A stretch of DNA of 64,000 nucleotides from Wickerhamiella versatilis (GCA_030867685.1 JAQOWU010000007.1:1240001-1304000); one strand, 5' to 3'. Numbered from the stretch's first letter, positions 43,071-53,094 are shown. Numbers and translations: made by a program. Notes: a model not told the origin generated them from the letters alone.

Positions 43071-45170
43071 CTAAACTGTGCTCGAAATTACTAGATCGTT
43101 ATGTTCTGCATTACCTTGCAATTCGAGATCGTGCTCATTTGCGAGGTGCAATAATGAAATAAAGACAAAGGGACGGGTCACCTGGGAGCGCTGGGCTTCC
43201 GAAAAGTGACTACTTGCCTCAGCTTCCACTGTAGAAAGGCGTTGCTCTTGCTGTGGCGGTGCTGTTTCCAGCACATGCCATAAGTCATCCTTTAACTGCT
43301 TTACATCAACTCGCCTAGCAAATCTTGCAAAACCAAGTTGTTCGCCCCCAATATTCGGTCTCAGTTTATGCAGGGGTTCTTCATCAAAAGGCGTCATTAC
43401 CTCGTCTGGTTCTGGTTCTGCCTCTTCAGCAGCAAGCTGTACAGTATCCCAAAATGCTGAACCCCCCGGTGTATTTTCTACATGTTCGACAGGATTCGAG
43501 CCGGTATGATGTATTGGACCGCGACGCGCAATGAGTCTTCTAAATTCCCCTGCAATGCCGGCCTCGGGTTTCGTGGTCAAGGAAAAAAGTAGAGGAGCAG
43601 AAAAACGCAAGTTTTCAGGTAGTTCAAAATGGTCCGCTGGTATATTAAGCTGAGCCTGTGTCAATAAAGGTTTACGTTTGGGCTGTTCAAAAAGCTCTTC
43701 AAGACTCAGTGTCGGTATGGCATTGAAGTCAATAGGCTGTTCTCTCTGCCTTCGCCGTTGCTTAGCCCGCTGTTGTGCTGCATCCTGTACTGGATCAAAA
43801 CTAGGAGCAGCAATCTGGGGCTCCTTGCGCCGCAGTCTTCGGATCTTCCAGTGCTCTGGGCCCGCCCAGTCACGTGCACCGCGCATTTCGTGCATTAGCG
43901 CAGAGTCAATCCATGCACCCTCAGAGGCACCAATACTTGCTAGACTCATATTAATTGCATTATCCTGGGGAGGCTCTTCGATTGCTAGCTCTTCCACATC
44001 TTGTACTTCGTCGATTGCTGCCCCATATGGGTCAACGTCTTCGATTTCCCACTCATTTTGCGGTGACAGCTCTTCATCCATCTCCTGTGGTTCTCCAATT
44101 GGGCCGTCAAAGACATTGCCAATATTTTTTTCGACATTGTCTGAATATATATTATCATTAGTCGCCTGCGACGTCGGATTCTCAATGCGATGACGGACGA
44201 AGTCCAAACTGGGTATTGCCGAGAGGTTGTCTAGTGTTTCACCGAAACATTGAAGTTTAAGCTGTACAAGATCCACTTGCGAATCGCTGGAGGGGGGCAT
44301 GAGAGGTGGGTCAATATCACCCCCTGGCGCATCCGTCCCTGAATCACCAGTGGCATCTAATTCGAGAGAAAATTTACCGCTGTTTTCCGGCTTAAGCGAA
44401 GACATAAGAAGCCCTGACGCACCCCCTTCATCAAAATTAGCACACATATGGCGGAGCAAGGGATCGATGGAGCCCTTCAATTCGTCTACATCAATGGACA
44501 ACTTCGCTCCATCAATAAGGCAATCGGGCTTTTTATTCAGTCGCTGCTTCCTTCGTGGCCTTGGAGTTTCTTCCTCGCCATCCTCCTCACTATCAGCTAC
44601 TCCATCCTCTTCCACATTTCTGGTACCTGAGCCGGGCCTCGACTGCGAAGTTTCCGGTTCATCGCGAGTATCAGTGATACCATTGAGCAGCTGGTGAACA
44701 TCAACAGATGCACTATCAACCCGATTAGTATAAAGACGCACAGCACCATCAAGCGTGAGACTTGCACGAGAAAAATTAACCTGACCACCATTCTCTTTCA
44801 GCATATCAAGGCTTGCGAAATAGTCTATGATTGGTGCGCTCCATGTGCTTTCTGAGTTCAGTTTATTTGTTCTTATAAGCTTGAGCCAATCGTCGAAGTC
44901 CTTCTGATTGAAAGCCTGGCCACGGCCTGAGACGCGTCGGGAGGATGTCATCGCTGTTGACTGCGACTGGTTCCTTTGTGGAGTAGCAGGGGCATTTGAA
45001 CGTCTTCTTTTCATTATTTCGGCAAGATCATCATTTAAACTTTGTTTGCGAGCCGCTGGACTGGGCTGTGGAGCCAGTGAGCGCCTCATCTGCCAAACGT
45101 GCTGAGTCAGCAATGTCAACAGAAAAGTTGGGTTTGTTTTCGACTGGAGATTCTTGTTTGTTCTAAACAT
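43071..45170 (-). CDS. BRN1: Condensin kleisin subunit (CAP-H); start may be 45089
   Basis: NKLNSESTW, NFSRASLTLDG...RVDS, FDEGGASGLL, WAGPEHWK, VDVKQLK, FISLLHLANE. Confidence 0.92.
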   Translation of the reverse strand: MFRTNKNLQSKTNPTFLLTLLTQHVWQMRRSLAPQPSPAARKQSLNDDLAEIMKRRRSNAPATPQRNQSQSTAMTSSRRVSGRGQAFNQKDFDDWLKLIRTNKLNSESTWSAPIIDYFASLDMLKENGGQVNFSRASLTLDGAVRLYTNRVDSASVDVHQLLNGITDTRDEPETSQSRPGSGTRNVEEDGVADSEEDGEEETPRPRRKQRLNKKPDCLIDGAKLSIDVDELKGSIDPLLRHMCANFDEGGASGLLMSSLKPENSGKFSLELDATGDSGTDAPGGDIDPPLMPPSSDSQVDLVQLKLQCFGETLDNLSAIPSLDFVRHRIENPTSQATNDNIYSDNVEKNIGNVFDGPIGEPQEMDEELSPQNEWEIEDVDPYGAAIDEVQDVEELAIEEPPQDNAINMSLASIGASEGAWIDSALMHEMRGARDWAGPEHWKIRRLRRKEPQIAAPSFDPVQDAAQQRAKQRRRQREQPIDFNAIPTLSLEELFEQPKRKPLLTQAQLNIPADHFELPENLRFSAPLLFSLTTKPEAGIAGEFRRLIARRGPIHHTGSNPVEHVENTPGGSAFWDTVQLAAEEAEPEPDEVMTPFDEEPLHKLRPNIGGEQLGFARFARRVDVKQLKDDLWHVLETAPPQQEQRLSTVEAEASSHFSEAQRSQVTRPFVFISLLHLANEHDLELQGNAEHNDLVISSTV

Positions 45171-45436
45171 TAAAAATTCAATTGATAAGGTTTAGACTCT
45201 AGACTGGAAGGGGCTAATGTGCAAGAAGATGAAATAACTCTCAAAAAAAGATTTAGCTTGGAGCAGCAATAATAAATTCATTGCACAACTATACAGGGGT
45301 GAATTATGAGTGGAAAATAATGGTGTTAAAAGCACCATAAAACAATTATGCATACTGCTTTAAGGGCCTAGCATTGTGTTTGTGTTTGTGTGAGTGTGAG
45401 AAGTTATATCATAGCAGAGCATATGATGTTGTCAGC

Positions 45437-45940
45437 ATGGAGGTCGCAGCCTCTGCCTTGGACTATCTACTTATCGAGGCCCCGTCATTGGCAAAGGATG
45501 TATCTGTACAGCTAGGGATTGCAGATGACGATCAGAGCGACGAAGTAGGATTCAGGGTCGAACAGTACGGCTATCGAGTTGGCTCAGCATTGGCTCATAT
45601 ACTAACCCGGGATAGGCCACCCCTCACTTCAGAACTTGATATTATGAAGTTCATTTGCAAAGATTTGTGGATAAATTTGTATAAGAAGCAGATGGATAAT
45701 CTCAAAACGAACCATAGAGATACATATGTGTTGATTGATGGTGCATTTCCGCCAGGCCTGCGGATGTCGACAGACTTAGGTCCCCAAAAGACAGTGGAGC
45801 TTGCGGCACCCTACCTGTGGTTCCCCGCTGGTACCATCAGAGGCTTTCTGGCTGGTATGGGTGTCGCGGCATCGGTGGCATTCGAGTGTACTCAACTCCC
45901 CCTTGTTTCGTTCACTGTGGTCCTCCAGAAGTCCCCATGA
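45437..45940 (+). CDS. TRS33: TRAPP subunit Trs33
   Basis: GYRVG, LDIMKFICKDLW, KQMDNLKTNHR, GTIRG; ATG 45437. Confidence 0.92.
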   Translation: MEVAASALDYLLIEAPSLAKDVSVQLGIADDDQSDEVGFRVEQYGYRVGSALAHILTRDRPPLTSELDIMKFICKDLWINLYKKQMDNLKTNHRDTYVLIDGAFPPGLRMSTDLGPQKTVELAAPYLWFPAGTIRGFLAGMGVAASVAFECTQLPLVSFTVVLQKSP

Positions 45941-46020
45941 ACTATTATTATGCTGTTAAAATTTATATGTCGTGGTATTTAGGCCCCCATGGGCTCATAA
46001 CTTTAAGATATTTTATTACT

Positions 46021-46614
46021 TTACATCGCAATCTCCTGTTCCAACTGTATGTTCTTAGCCCACGGTGGTGGTCGGGGCACCCGAACTCCCGAGGGATCGA
46101 AGTTTTCAATGCACAGCTCGACACCGGATCGCTCTCCCCGGAGTCCAGTGAATCTCGAGTACTCATCAATAAGGCTTGCAAACGACCAGCGTTGCAATTT
46201 TCGAAGACAGCCAACCACCGTACCTGTACGGTGCCTACCCATAGAACAACAGATGAGTACTGGGGCATTTTCCACATCTAGTACAAGTTCGAGAGCCACC
46301 CGAATCGTATAGTCAGTTAGATGATCCCATGGGCTGGCTGCTTCCGTGAGAAGCCCTAGATGCTCAAATCGAACATCATTCTCGTCGCAAAAGGCCAATA
46401 AATTGTCATTTGGGTCCTCCACAGCTAGCCACACCACCGTGCGTATATTGAGCTGTTTCAAAAAAGAGAAGTTCACCGGTTGAGGTTCAGCACAGCGATA
46501 AAGCCTCCTTTCAACAGGTGCAAAATTTGCCGGTGGCACGAACCTATGCCGTGCAGTGACTGGGGCTAATTCTCTCACCTTTGCCTGGGGGTCGTCGGCA
46601 CACAATGTGATCAT
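46021..46614 (-). CDS. OCA1: Oca1/Siw14-family atypical tyrosine phosphatase
   Basis: VPPANFAPVERRLYR, WLAVED, CCSMGRHRTGTVVGCLR; first ATG 46614. Confidence 0.88.
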   Translation of the reverse strand: MITLCADDPQAKVRELAPVTARHRFVPPANFAPVERRLYRCAEPQPVNFSFLKQLNIRTVVWLAVEDPNDNLLAFCDENDVRFEHLGLLTEAASPWDHLTDYTIRVALELVLDVENAPVLICCSMGRHRTGTVVGCLRKLQRWSFASLIDEYSRFTGLRGERSGVELCIENFDPSGVRVPRPPPWAKNIQLEQEIAM

Positions 46615-46639
46615 AACCAACCCTAACCTCAAACCAAGG

Positions 46640-46646
46640 TATATAA
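46640..46646 (+). promoter_or_regulatory. TATA box of the U1 snRNA gene
   Basis: TATATAA starting 39 bp upstream of the AUACUUACCU start. Confidence 0.6.
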
Positions 46647-46678
46647 GCTATGCGATGTCGCTTCCAACGATTTTTTTC

Positions 46679-46810
46679 ATACTTACCTAGAAGTTCCTCT
46701 GGGCCCTCAAGAAGCTCAGAGGTCAGCCGTGCCCAGCATTGCACATCGCTGGTGGGGGTGCCCGTTTCGGCGGAGGCTTCACAATTTTTGATTTCGGCCC
46801 TCTGGGCTAG
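46679..46810 (+). ncRNA. U1: U1 spliceosomal snRNA (about 132 nt)
   Basis: 5' AUACUUACCU; helix H 46690-95/46775-80; SL1 stem 46696-704/46714-22; SL2 loop AUUGCACAUC (U1A site); SL3 with UUCG; Sm site AAUUUUUG 46783-90; terminal hairpin GGCCC-UCU-GGGCU. Confidence 0.93.
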
Positions 46811-47108
46811 CTTTTGCGAAGTCGAGTGATAGCGTTGAGGCTAGTTTAGTTGAGGTTCGTGTAAGACAACATCGGTTTCCGTAGCTTAGTTTTTGTTATT
46901 ATATTCCTTAATTTAAAAAAACGAATCCCAGTCTGTTTGTAATGAATAAGGAGTGTCTTGAATATGCTTGGGGTTAGGTGTAGTGGCACCTCCGCGGCAG
47001 GCTGTGAATTAGAAATCGTCTCGGTATCACAGGCGACTGGTTTACTCTGGTGACATCACAGTTGAAGCACAGTCAACCATTCAATCTACATTCCCTAAAG
47101 CAACTCAG

Positions 47109-48443
47109 ATGTCCGCGAGTCAAGGACTTACTGTTTACATTGGTGCTGTGATACACAGCTTATCAGCTACCGTCGTAGAGCTTCTTCCTCGAGCCCGGCT
47201 CGGTGTATGTAGTAATGGCAAGATCGCATTTCTGGAAAAAGTATCAGGAGAGAATAAATATTATCCAGATGCGAAAGTAATTGAGCTAGGGCCAACTCAA
47301 TTTCTAGCCCCGGGCTTTGTAGACACGCACGTGCATGCACCACAGTATCCGAATGCCGGTATATTTGGTAAATCCACTTTGTTGGAATGGTTGGAGAAAT
47401 ATACCTATCCGATGGAAGCTAAGTACCGTGACTTGGAATTGGCATCCACGGTGTACCACCGACTGATTAAGAGAGGCCTGGAGAACGGTACAACAACAGC
47501 AAGCTACTATGGTACGAGTCATACATCTGCAACAGTATTATTAGCAAAAATAGCCCAGGAAGAGGGTCAAAGAGCATTGGTGGGTCGGGTCTGTATGGAG
47601 TTATTCTGTCCCAGCGATGTTGCCGACGAATCACCAGAATCCGCGTTGGCTAGCGACAGAGAATTTGTGACATCCGTTAGAGAGCTTGATCCTCGTGGTG
47701 AGTCTGTAATTCCCGTTATAACCCCTAGATTTGCACCTAGTTGCCATCAAGTAACTTTGAATGCTGAGGGAGAGTTCGCGGCCAAGCATGATCTTCCAGT
47801 GCAGACCCACATATCTGAAAGCAAGAGCGAAATTGACTGGGTCCTCGAGTTATTTCCAGAGGCAGAAAGCTATGCTGACGTCTACGAACGGGCTGGGCTT
47901 CTGGGGCCTAGGACCATATTGGCTCATGCAGTACATCTCACAGAAAAGGAACTTGAGCTCATAAAGCAACGCAAGTGTGGTATTTCCCATTGCCCAGAGT
48001 CGAATGCTAGTATTGCCAGTGGTATTGCACCAGTAAGGCAAATGATAAGGAGTGGGCTGAAGTGTTCACTGGGCACAGACGTGAGTGGTGGTAGCACAGT
48101 GAGCATACTTCGAAACCTCAGATTAGCATTGCTGAAGTCTAGATTGCTAACTGAAAGATGCATGGATCCAGAAAATACGCTATCTGTCAACGAGGGATTG
48201 TACCTCGCAACGCTCGGTGGGGCAGAGGTCTGTGGACTTGATCATATTATAGGCAATTTCCGCGAAGGAAAGTATTTTGATGCTCAGCTTGTGGATGTTT
48301 CCAAGGGTCCTATAGATATATTTGACTTCGCCTTACCTACCGATGCTGTTGAACGCCTGGAGTATTTCATGGATAAGTGGGTATATATTGGCGATGATCG
48401 TAATACGGTGAAGGTATGGGTCGCGGGAAAGGAATTGAAATGA
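47109..48443 (+). CDS. GUD1: Guanine deaminase
   Basis: PGFVDTHVHAPQY, NGTTTASYY, TPRFAPSC, QTHISE, HCPESN, LGTDVSGG, GDDRN. Confidence 0.96.
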   Translation: MSASQGLTVYIGAVIHSLSATVVELLPRARLGVCSNGKIAFLEKVSGENKYYPDAKVIELGPTQFLAPGFVDTHVHAPQYPNAGIFGKSTLLEWLEKYTYPMEAKYRDLELASTVYHRLIKRGLENGTTTASYYGTSHTSATVLLAKIAQEEGQRALVGRVCMELFCPSDVADESPESALASDREFVTSVRELDPRGESVIPVITPRFAPSCHQVTLNAEGEFAAKHDLPVQTHISESKSEIDWVLELFPEAESYADVYERAGLLGPRTILAHAVHLTEKELELIKQRKCGISHCPESNASIASGIAPVRQMIRSGLKCSLGTDVSGGSTVSILRNLRLALLKSRLLTERCMDPENTLSVNEGLYLATLGGAEVCGLDHIIGNFREGKYFDAQLVDVSKGPIDIFDFALPTDAVERLEYFMDKWVYIGDDRNTVKVWVAGKELK

Positions 48444-48556
48444 CGGGTTGCTATAATTCAAGGAAAGAAAAAAAAGGTTAGTTATAAGGGGGATTATAAT
48501 TGACCGTTTAAGATAGATGCATAAGCTTTAAGTTTATTCACAGTATTTTTTAATCT

Positions 48557-50695
48557 TCACGCGATATAGATATAAACATTTTGGTCTCCATCACTGCGCT
48601 TTATGTACTCGCACTCAAGCAACACACTGAGGGCGCGTTTGAGAAGACTTGGGTTTGCAGGAAACTGTGATGATAGGAGGTTCGCTGCTTCCTGAACTAG
48701 TCTCACGTGGGTAAGCTCTTTACGAGCCTTCATTATGCGCACAATAGCTGCCTTAGCCTTCTCGAGCCTGGAAGCCTCAAGTTGACGCAAGGAGTCCTCA
48801 TCTTGCTGAGACTTTTCCTGCTTAGATGCCGCCAAAGGCAGTATTCGTAACTTAGCTGCGGGATAAGTGAACTCGGAATTGAAGAAATAAGCACCGGTTT
48901 CTGTCTCACAAAGTAGAGGGGTCTTCTGGGAAGCAAGGGGAAGGAGATACCTTCGGAGCTCTGTCAGTGGGATCTGAGTCTTTGCCGAAATTTCTTCACT
49001 GGTATATTGTTGACTACCATCAAACAGCATTAACACACTGAGACTGGGAAGGGGAAGTGTGACCATGTATTGTCGGTCGCCCACACGAACCCGCATATCC
49101 GCACTACCCATACCAAAATTCCAGCGCAAGATCCTGGATGGGAACTTACTAGCATGGAAATCAGCAAATTGCTGACGAGATTGATCGACTACAGGTGGCA
49201 AGACCAAAGGACGCTCTTGTGTAACAAACTTTGGCCAGATATTACGAGCAACGTAGTTCACATTTGATGGAAGGGACATGCCAGCAGCAGCACACATCTC
49301 ACGGGACAATTGAACTTCATTCAGCATTTTTGAAAATTTCCAAGTTGATGTATGACCTGCCACAGACTGCAGCAGACTTAAGAACAACTCTTCAAGATCA
49401 AGCTGGATTTTAGACTGCAACAACCTCCGAGCAAGATGTAAGTTATAATGGGTCTCAAATCGATCTTTTTCTATCAATATATCGAATAATTCCACCGCTT
49501 GACGCAAAGAATCTTCAAGACCAGTGTCTCCCCGATGCTTCCGCAAGCGGTCATCAACATAGAGGGAAAGAAACTCCGCAAATCTCTGCATATGGTTCTG
49601 TGCTGTGGCTACAGCAGAGAGCAGAAGGGATGAATGATTGACAGCCTCCCCGACTTGTTCTGCCTGTCGCTTAAGTTCAAGTGATCCTTCAATCCAGTCA
49701 ATTGCATTACCGACAAGATTCCGAGAACCTTTGGAGGCACTTTCAGCATTAATTCTTTCATTTAAGGCCCTTTGGCGAAGGGAAAAACCTTCTGCAATTG
49801 AAGGTACAAGAGCATTTATAGGTGCACGCTGCTCAAGCGAAGCCGCAAGGTTCAAGCTTTCCACATCCATTAGTGTCAGCCAACGCGTCACACCTGTAGA
49901 CTCAGCAAAGAACATAGGGAGAGCCTCTCGTAGGATATTAGACTGCAAAGTATCGAGTAATATATCTGTTGTTTCTCTTGGCAAATAAGCGTTCCCTCTG
50001 GTAGGTTCTATTCTCAGCCAATCTTGAAGAGTATCTAGAGCTTCCCGAGAAGTATGCGGCCTGTCACGAAGTTCAAGGAGCTGCTTGTGATACCACTCAT
50101 TTGTGGCATTTACAAGACGCGGCTCTAGTTCTGCCGTGTAAACACTATCACTTTGACCCGGAAGACCATTTGGAAGTAATTCAAGCATCCTGACGATTGT
50201 TTTAAGAGGCTTAGTGTCCACGAAACGCCCTTGACGTTCAGCATTGAGTGCAGATTCGATTCCCTCGAATAATGTAGCTTGCATGTTTGCAGAGAGTAGC
50301 TCTTCTTTGAACAAGAGCTCACCCTGCTGTTCTATCGATGGAATACCTGCTGGCTTACAGTAGGCACGGTTCACATGCATAAGTACGTCTGCAACTGCTC
50401 GAAGACTCAGCTGAAAGTCCTGCCATACCCTGGCTAAATCGTAGAGTGACTCGGGATGGATATCAGACTTCAGAAATTGGCGTGTGGTATCACAAAATCT
50501 TCTATAGAGGGCTTTTCCGTGTTCGTGATTCGTGAGGTGATAGCACTGATCATAAACTTCTGTGAAACTTATGCGTTCGGTACCACGTTTGTAAATTTGA
50601 AGGATTGCAGGTTCTAAAGTCTTAGTCCAGACATCCGACACGCTTTTTGGCTGCTTGACAGCCTGCGGTGGTCGGATTTTTGTCTTCCCCCGCAT
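48557..50695 (-). CDS. CUL3: Cullin, Cul3 type
   Basis: KIRPP N-terminus, ISFTEVY, EKDRFETHYNLHLARRLL, AAIVRIMKARK neddylation site. Confidence 0.85.
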   Translation of the reverse strand: MRGKTKIRPPQAVKQPKSVSDVWTKTLEPAILQIYKRGTERISFTEVYDQCYHLTNHEHGKALYRRFCDTTRQFLKSDIHPESLYDLARVWQDFQLSLRAVADVLMHVNRAYCKPAGIPSIEQQGELLFKEELLSANMQATLFEGIESALNAERQGRFVDTKPLKTIVRMLELLPNGLPGQSDSVYTAELEPRLVNATNEWYHKQLLELRDRPHTSREALDTLQDWLRIEPTRGNAYLPRETTDILLDTLQSNILREALPMFFAESTGVTRWLTLMDVESLNLAASLEQRAPINALVPSIAEGFSLRQRALNERINAESASKGSRNLVGNAIDWIEGSLELKRQAEQVGEAVNHSSLLLSAVATAQNHMQRFAEFLSLYVDDRLRKHRGDTGLEDSLRQAVELFDILIEKDRFETHYNLHLARRLLQSKIQLDLEELFLSLLQSVAGHTSTWKFSKMLNEVQLSREMCAAAGMSLPSNVNYVARNIWPKFVTQERPLVLPPVVDQSRQQFADFHASKFPSRILRWNFGMGSADMRVRVGDRQYMVTLPLPSLSVLMLFDGSQQYTSEEISAKTQIPLTELRRYLLPLASQKTPLLCETETGAYFFNSEFTYPAAKLRILPLAASKQEKSQQDEDSLRQLEASRLEKAKAAIVRIMKARKELTHVRLVQEAANLLSSQFPANPSLLKRALSVLLECEYIKRSDGDQNVYIYIA

Positions 50696-50729
50696 GTCGC
50701 GAAGCTCAATTCGCGCTGACTTAATCGAG

Positions 50730-52025
50730 TCAGCGATTCCAGGGATTCGCTGAGAGATTTAACTTGGCTTTCAGTTCGGGGTCAACAATACGTGTCCTGT
50801 CTACCTCGTCTCCTAATGTTAGCCAACCAGGTCTCATGTTAGACTGTCGTCCAAAAAGTTCCAACTTTTTGGCGCTGACCCCGACCATACGATCGATGAT
50901 TTTGTAGAGCTCTGCAGGCTTTTGGGATCGTCCAAGAGCAGTGCTAACTAGGACGTCAGTGTCCAGTCCATGCTGGAGCCATGGTGGGTTGCCCTTTACT
51001 CCTACAAGGACATGCTCTTTGGTATGATTTAGCCAGTGTCCTGTACGGCCTGTGCAAATCGTGCGACCTAGTTGATTTGTTTTAACCCATATCAGCTCTT
51101 CTATTTGCGAGTAACCCCAACGATTAAGGCATTGCCTCCCAATGTCTACTGCTCGGCCTGTTACCCACAGAAAACAGACACCTGCTTTTTGTAGAGTCTC
51201 GACATGCAGCTCTAGAATGTCACGATCGCGTACGATACCTGGTGCGGCAGTCTGACCTCCAGCAATTTGACCACTTGGCTGACCGCTAGTATGGATGTCC
51301 CATGGCGGGTCTATCACTAACGCCGCGTAGTCGTTGCCAAGTGATCGAAGGTCAAATTTCAGAATGTTACAGCGAATGCTTTGCATTGGCCCAGTTATAG
51401 AAGAACTTAAGGGTGGCTCAGCATCTACGTGTGGACGATTGGGATGCTCGATACGGTAATGAACGAATTTACACCCACGGCCCTTGAAACAAGTATCCAG
51501 GTATGAACAATCTCCGAGCTGTTCATCAGTCGATGAAGTTATAATTCGTTCGAAATGTATTCCATTTTCCACTCCAACAGGGGTAAAGGCTGACCGCGGG
51601 ACATCGGTTATAGCCTTGGAAGACCGTTGACGTTCCATAGCAGTGGGCGCTAGAGCTGCATTTCGAAGCTCTTCGCATATTTTGTGAGCTACTGTACGGG
51701 GCTTGGACAGCTCCTGTAGGAGCTCATTCACAACATCTGGGCATTTAGTGCTTACGGAGCTCTTGGCTGTCATGGGCATATCAATGCTCTCATCGTTCTT
51801 GATGGTGTCAGATATAATTCTGCAATTCCCATCTGCAAATAATTTGAGCGCATCCTTGTCGTACCAAACAAAGATGCCATCACTAATTTCGATCGTGTGA
51901 GGTAGGCGAGAGGCAAGAGCTATTATTTGGGATGGTGAAATTGTATCAATATTGCAACTTCTCATTGCCCTGGGAAGTTGTCCGAGAAAGTTCGACCGTA
52001 CTAGCTTTTCTGCTATTTCCATCAT
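50730..52025 (-). CDS. IME4: mRNA m6A methyltransferase catalytic subunit (METTL3, MT-A70)
   Basis: GDCSYLDTC CCCH finger, DPPW, FLWVTGRA, WVKTNQL, TGRTGHWLNHTKEH, SQKP, LELFGR. Confidence 0.93.
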   Translation of the reverse strand: MMEIAEKLVRSNFLGQLPRAMRSCNIDTISPSQIIALASRLPHTIEISDGIFVWYDKDALKLFADGNCRIISDTIKNDESIDMPMTAKSSVSTKCPDVVNELLQELSKPRTVAHKICEELRNAALAPTAMERQRSSKAITDVPRSAFTPVGVENGIHFERIITSSTDEQLGDCSYLDTCFKGRGCKFVHYRIEHPNRPHVDAEPPLSSSITGPMQSIRCNILKFDLRSLGNDYAALVIDPPWDIHTSGQPSGQIAGGQTAAPGIVRDRDILELHVETLQKAGVCFLWVTGRAVDIGRQCLNRWGYSQIEELIWVKTNQLGRTICTGRTGHWLNHTKEHVLVGVKGNPPWLQHGLDTDVLVSTALGRSQKPAELYKIIDRMVGVSAKKLELFGRQSNMRPGWLTLGDEVDRTRIVDPELKAKLNLSANPWNR

Positions 52026-52243
52026 CCACTGAAGGTAGATGATGGGTTCAGTCTATAAATATTTATTTAGCTTACAGAGGGTACCACAAAGCTGAGTCAC
52101 TCTATGATTGACTAGAATATAGGCTTTTTATGGGGGGAATAACTAGTAATCTCCGACTTAGAAAAAATAAAAAAGCCCCACTGCCAGCGTATCAACCTCT
52201 TCTAGTTCATTGAAGGTGATTACGTTACCTGTGTTGTGTTGAT

Positions 52244-52930
52244 ATGAATACGAGAAAGTTGCTTTATAGCAATGCCTCGGTTTCGTATCCTTCTGTTTCG
52301 ATTGTTTCTACGGGGTTGGGATTTTTCATGGGTATAGGAGCTATGTTGTGTACGTCCTCATTTCCTCAGGCTGGTGTGTTTTTTATTGCAGTCGGGTTTT
52401 TCCACTCAGCTGAATTTTGGATAACGGCCAAATACAATAGTAGTACGCTGACCATGGGCAGCTTTCTACTAACAAATGGTGCGCCATACCTTATTGCTTT
52501 ACTTATTTCCCTCCTTGAAATGCTGATAAGATGGAGACTTGGGTGGAATTATCCTCCCTCTAAAATCCCTAGTGCGATTGGTCTTTCCTGTGTCACTGCT
52601 GGCCAGTATATACGGTCATTAGCCATGATTCAAGCTGCAGAGAGCTTTCATCATCTGGTTCAGAAGGAGAAGCGCCCAAGCCATCGTCTGATAACGGATG
52701 GTGTATACTCATGGATTCGACACCCTTCATATGCTGCCTACTATCTTTGGGCTTGTGGTTCTCAACTTATGCTTGGCAACCTGTTTTCACTAAGTGTTTG
52801 CGCCATAGTCCTATTCTTATTTTTCCGTGGCCGTGTGAGAATGGAAGAACGATCGCTTATATGCTTTTTTGGTAAAAAGTATGAGAATTATCGTGCAACC
52901 ACTCCCTCAGGAATTCCTTTCATCTCGTAG
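52244..52930 (+). CDS. STE14: Isoprenylcysteine carboxyl methyltransferase
   Basis: FFHSAEFWITA, GQYIRSLAM, GVYSWIRHPSY, EERSLICFFG..Y..Y. Confidence 0.93.
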   Translation: MNTRKLLYSNASVSYPSVSIVSTGLGFFMGIGAMLCTSSFPQAGVFFIAVGFFHSAEFWITAKYNSSTLTMGSFLLTNGAPYLIALLISLLEMLIRWRLGWNYPPSKIPSAIGLSCVTAGQYIRSLAMIQAAESFHHLVQKEKRPSHRLITDGVYSWIRHPSYAAYYLWACGSQLMLGNLFSLSVCAIVLFLFFRGRVRMEERSLICFFGKKYENYRATTPSGIPFIS

Positions 52931-53094
52931 AACAATGCGTTTTCTAAACAGGATATTGGAATGTGAAGTCAATCACTTAAGTAACAGGATCAAATTCCTG
53001 CATTACCTCAAGAAAAAACACCTAAAATCTCACTTAATTTTCTTTAGACTACTAATGACAGAACCTGATTTATTTAAAAAAGATAAGGAATTCG

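Noticed and set aside
45090-45355. Possible BRN1 5'-UTR intron (GTATGC ... GCTGAC ... CAG|ATG, minus strand)
   Set aside because: Upstream exon has an in-frame stop and the signals are short enough to be chance; needs RNA data
46560-46686. Minus-strand GTAAGT at 46686 as an OCA1 intron donor
   Set aside because: It is the reverse complement of the U1 5' end (ACTTAC); no in-frame upstream ATG exon and no good branch point
42243-50695. ELA1 and CUL3 (same ubiquitin ligase in S. cerevisiae) within about 6 kb
   Set aside because: Separated by unrelated genes; proximity plausible by chance without synteny evidence
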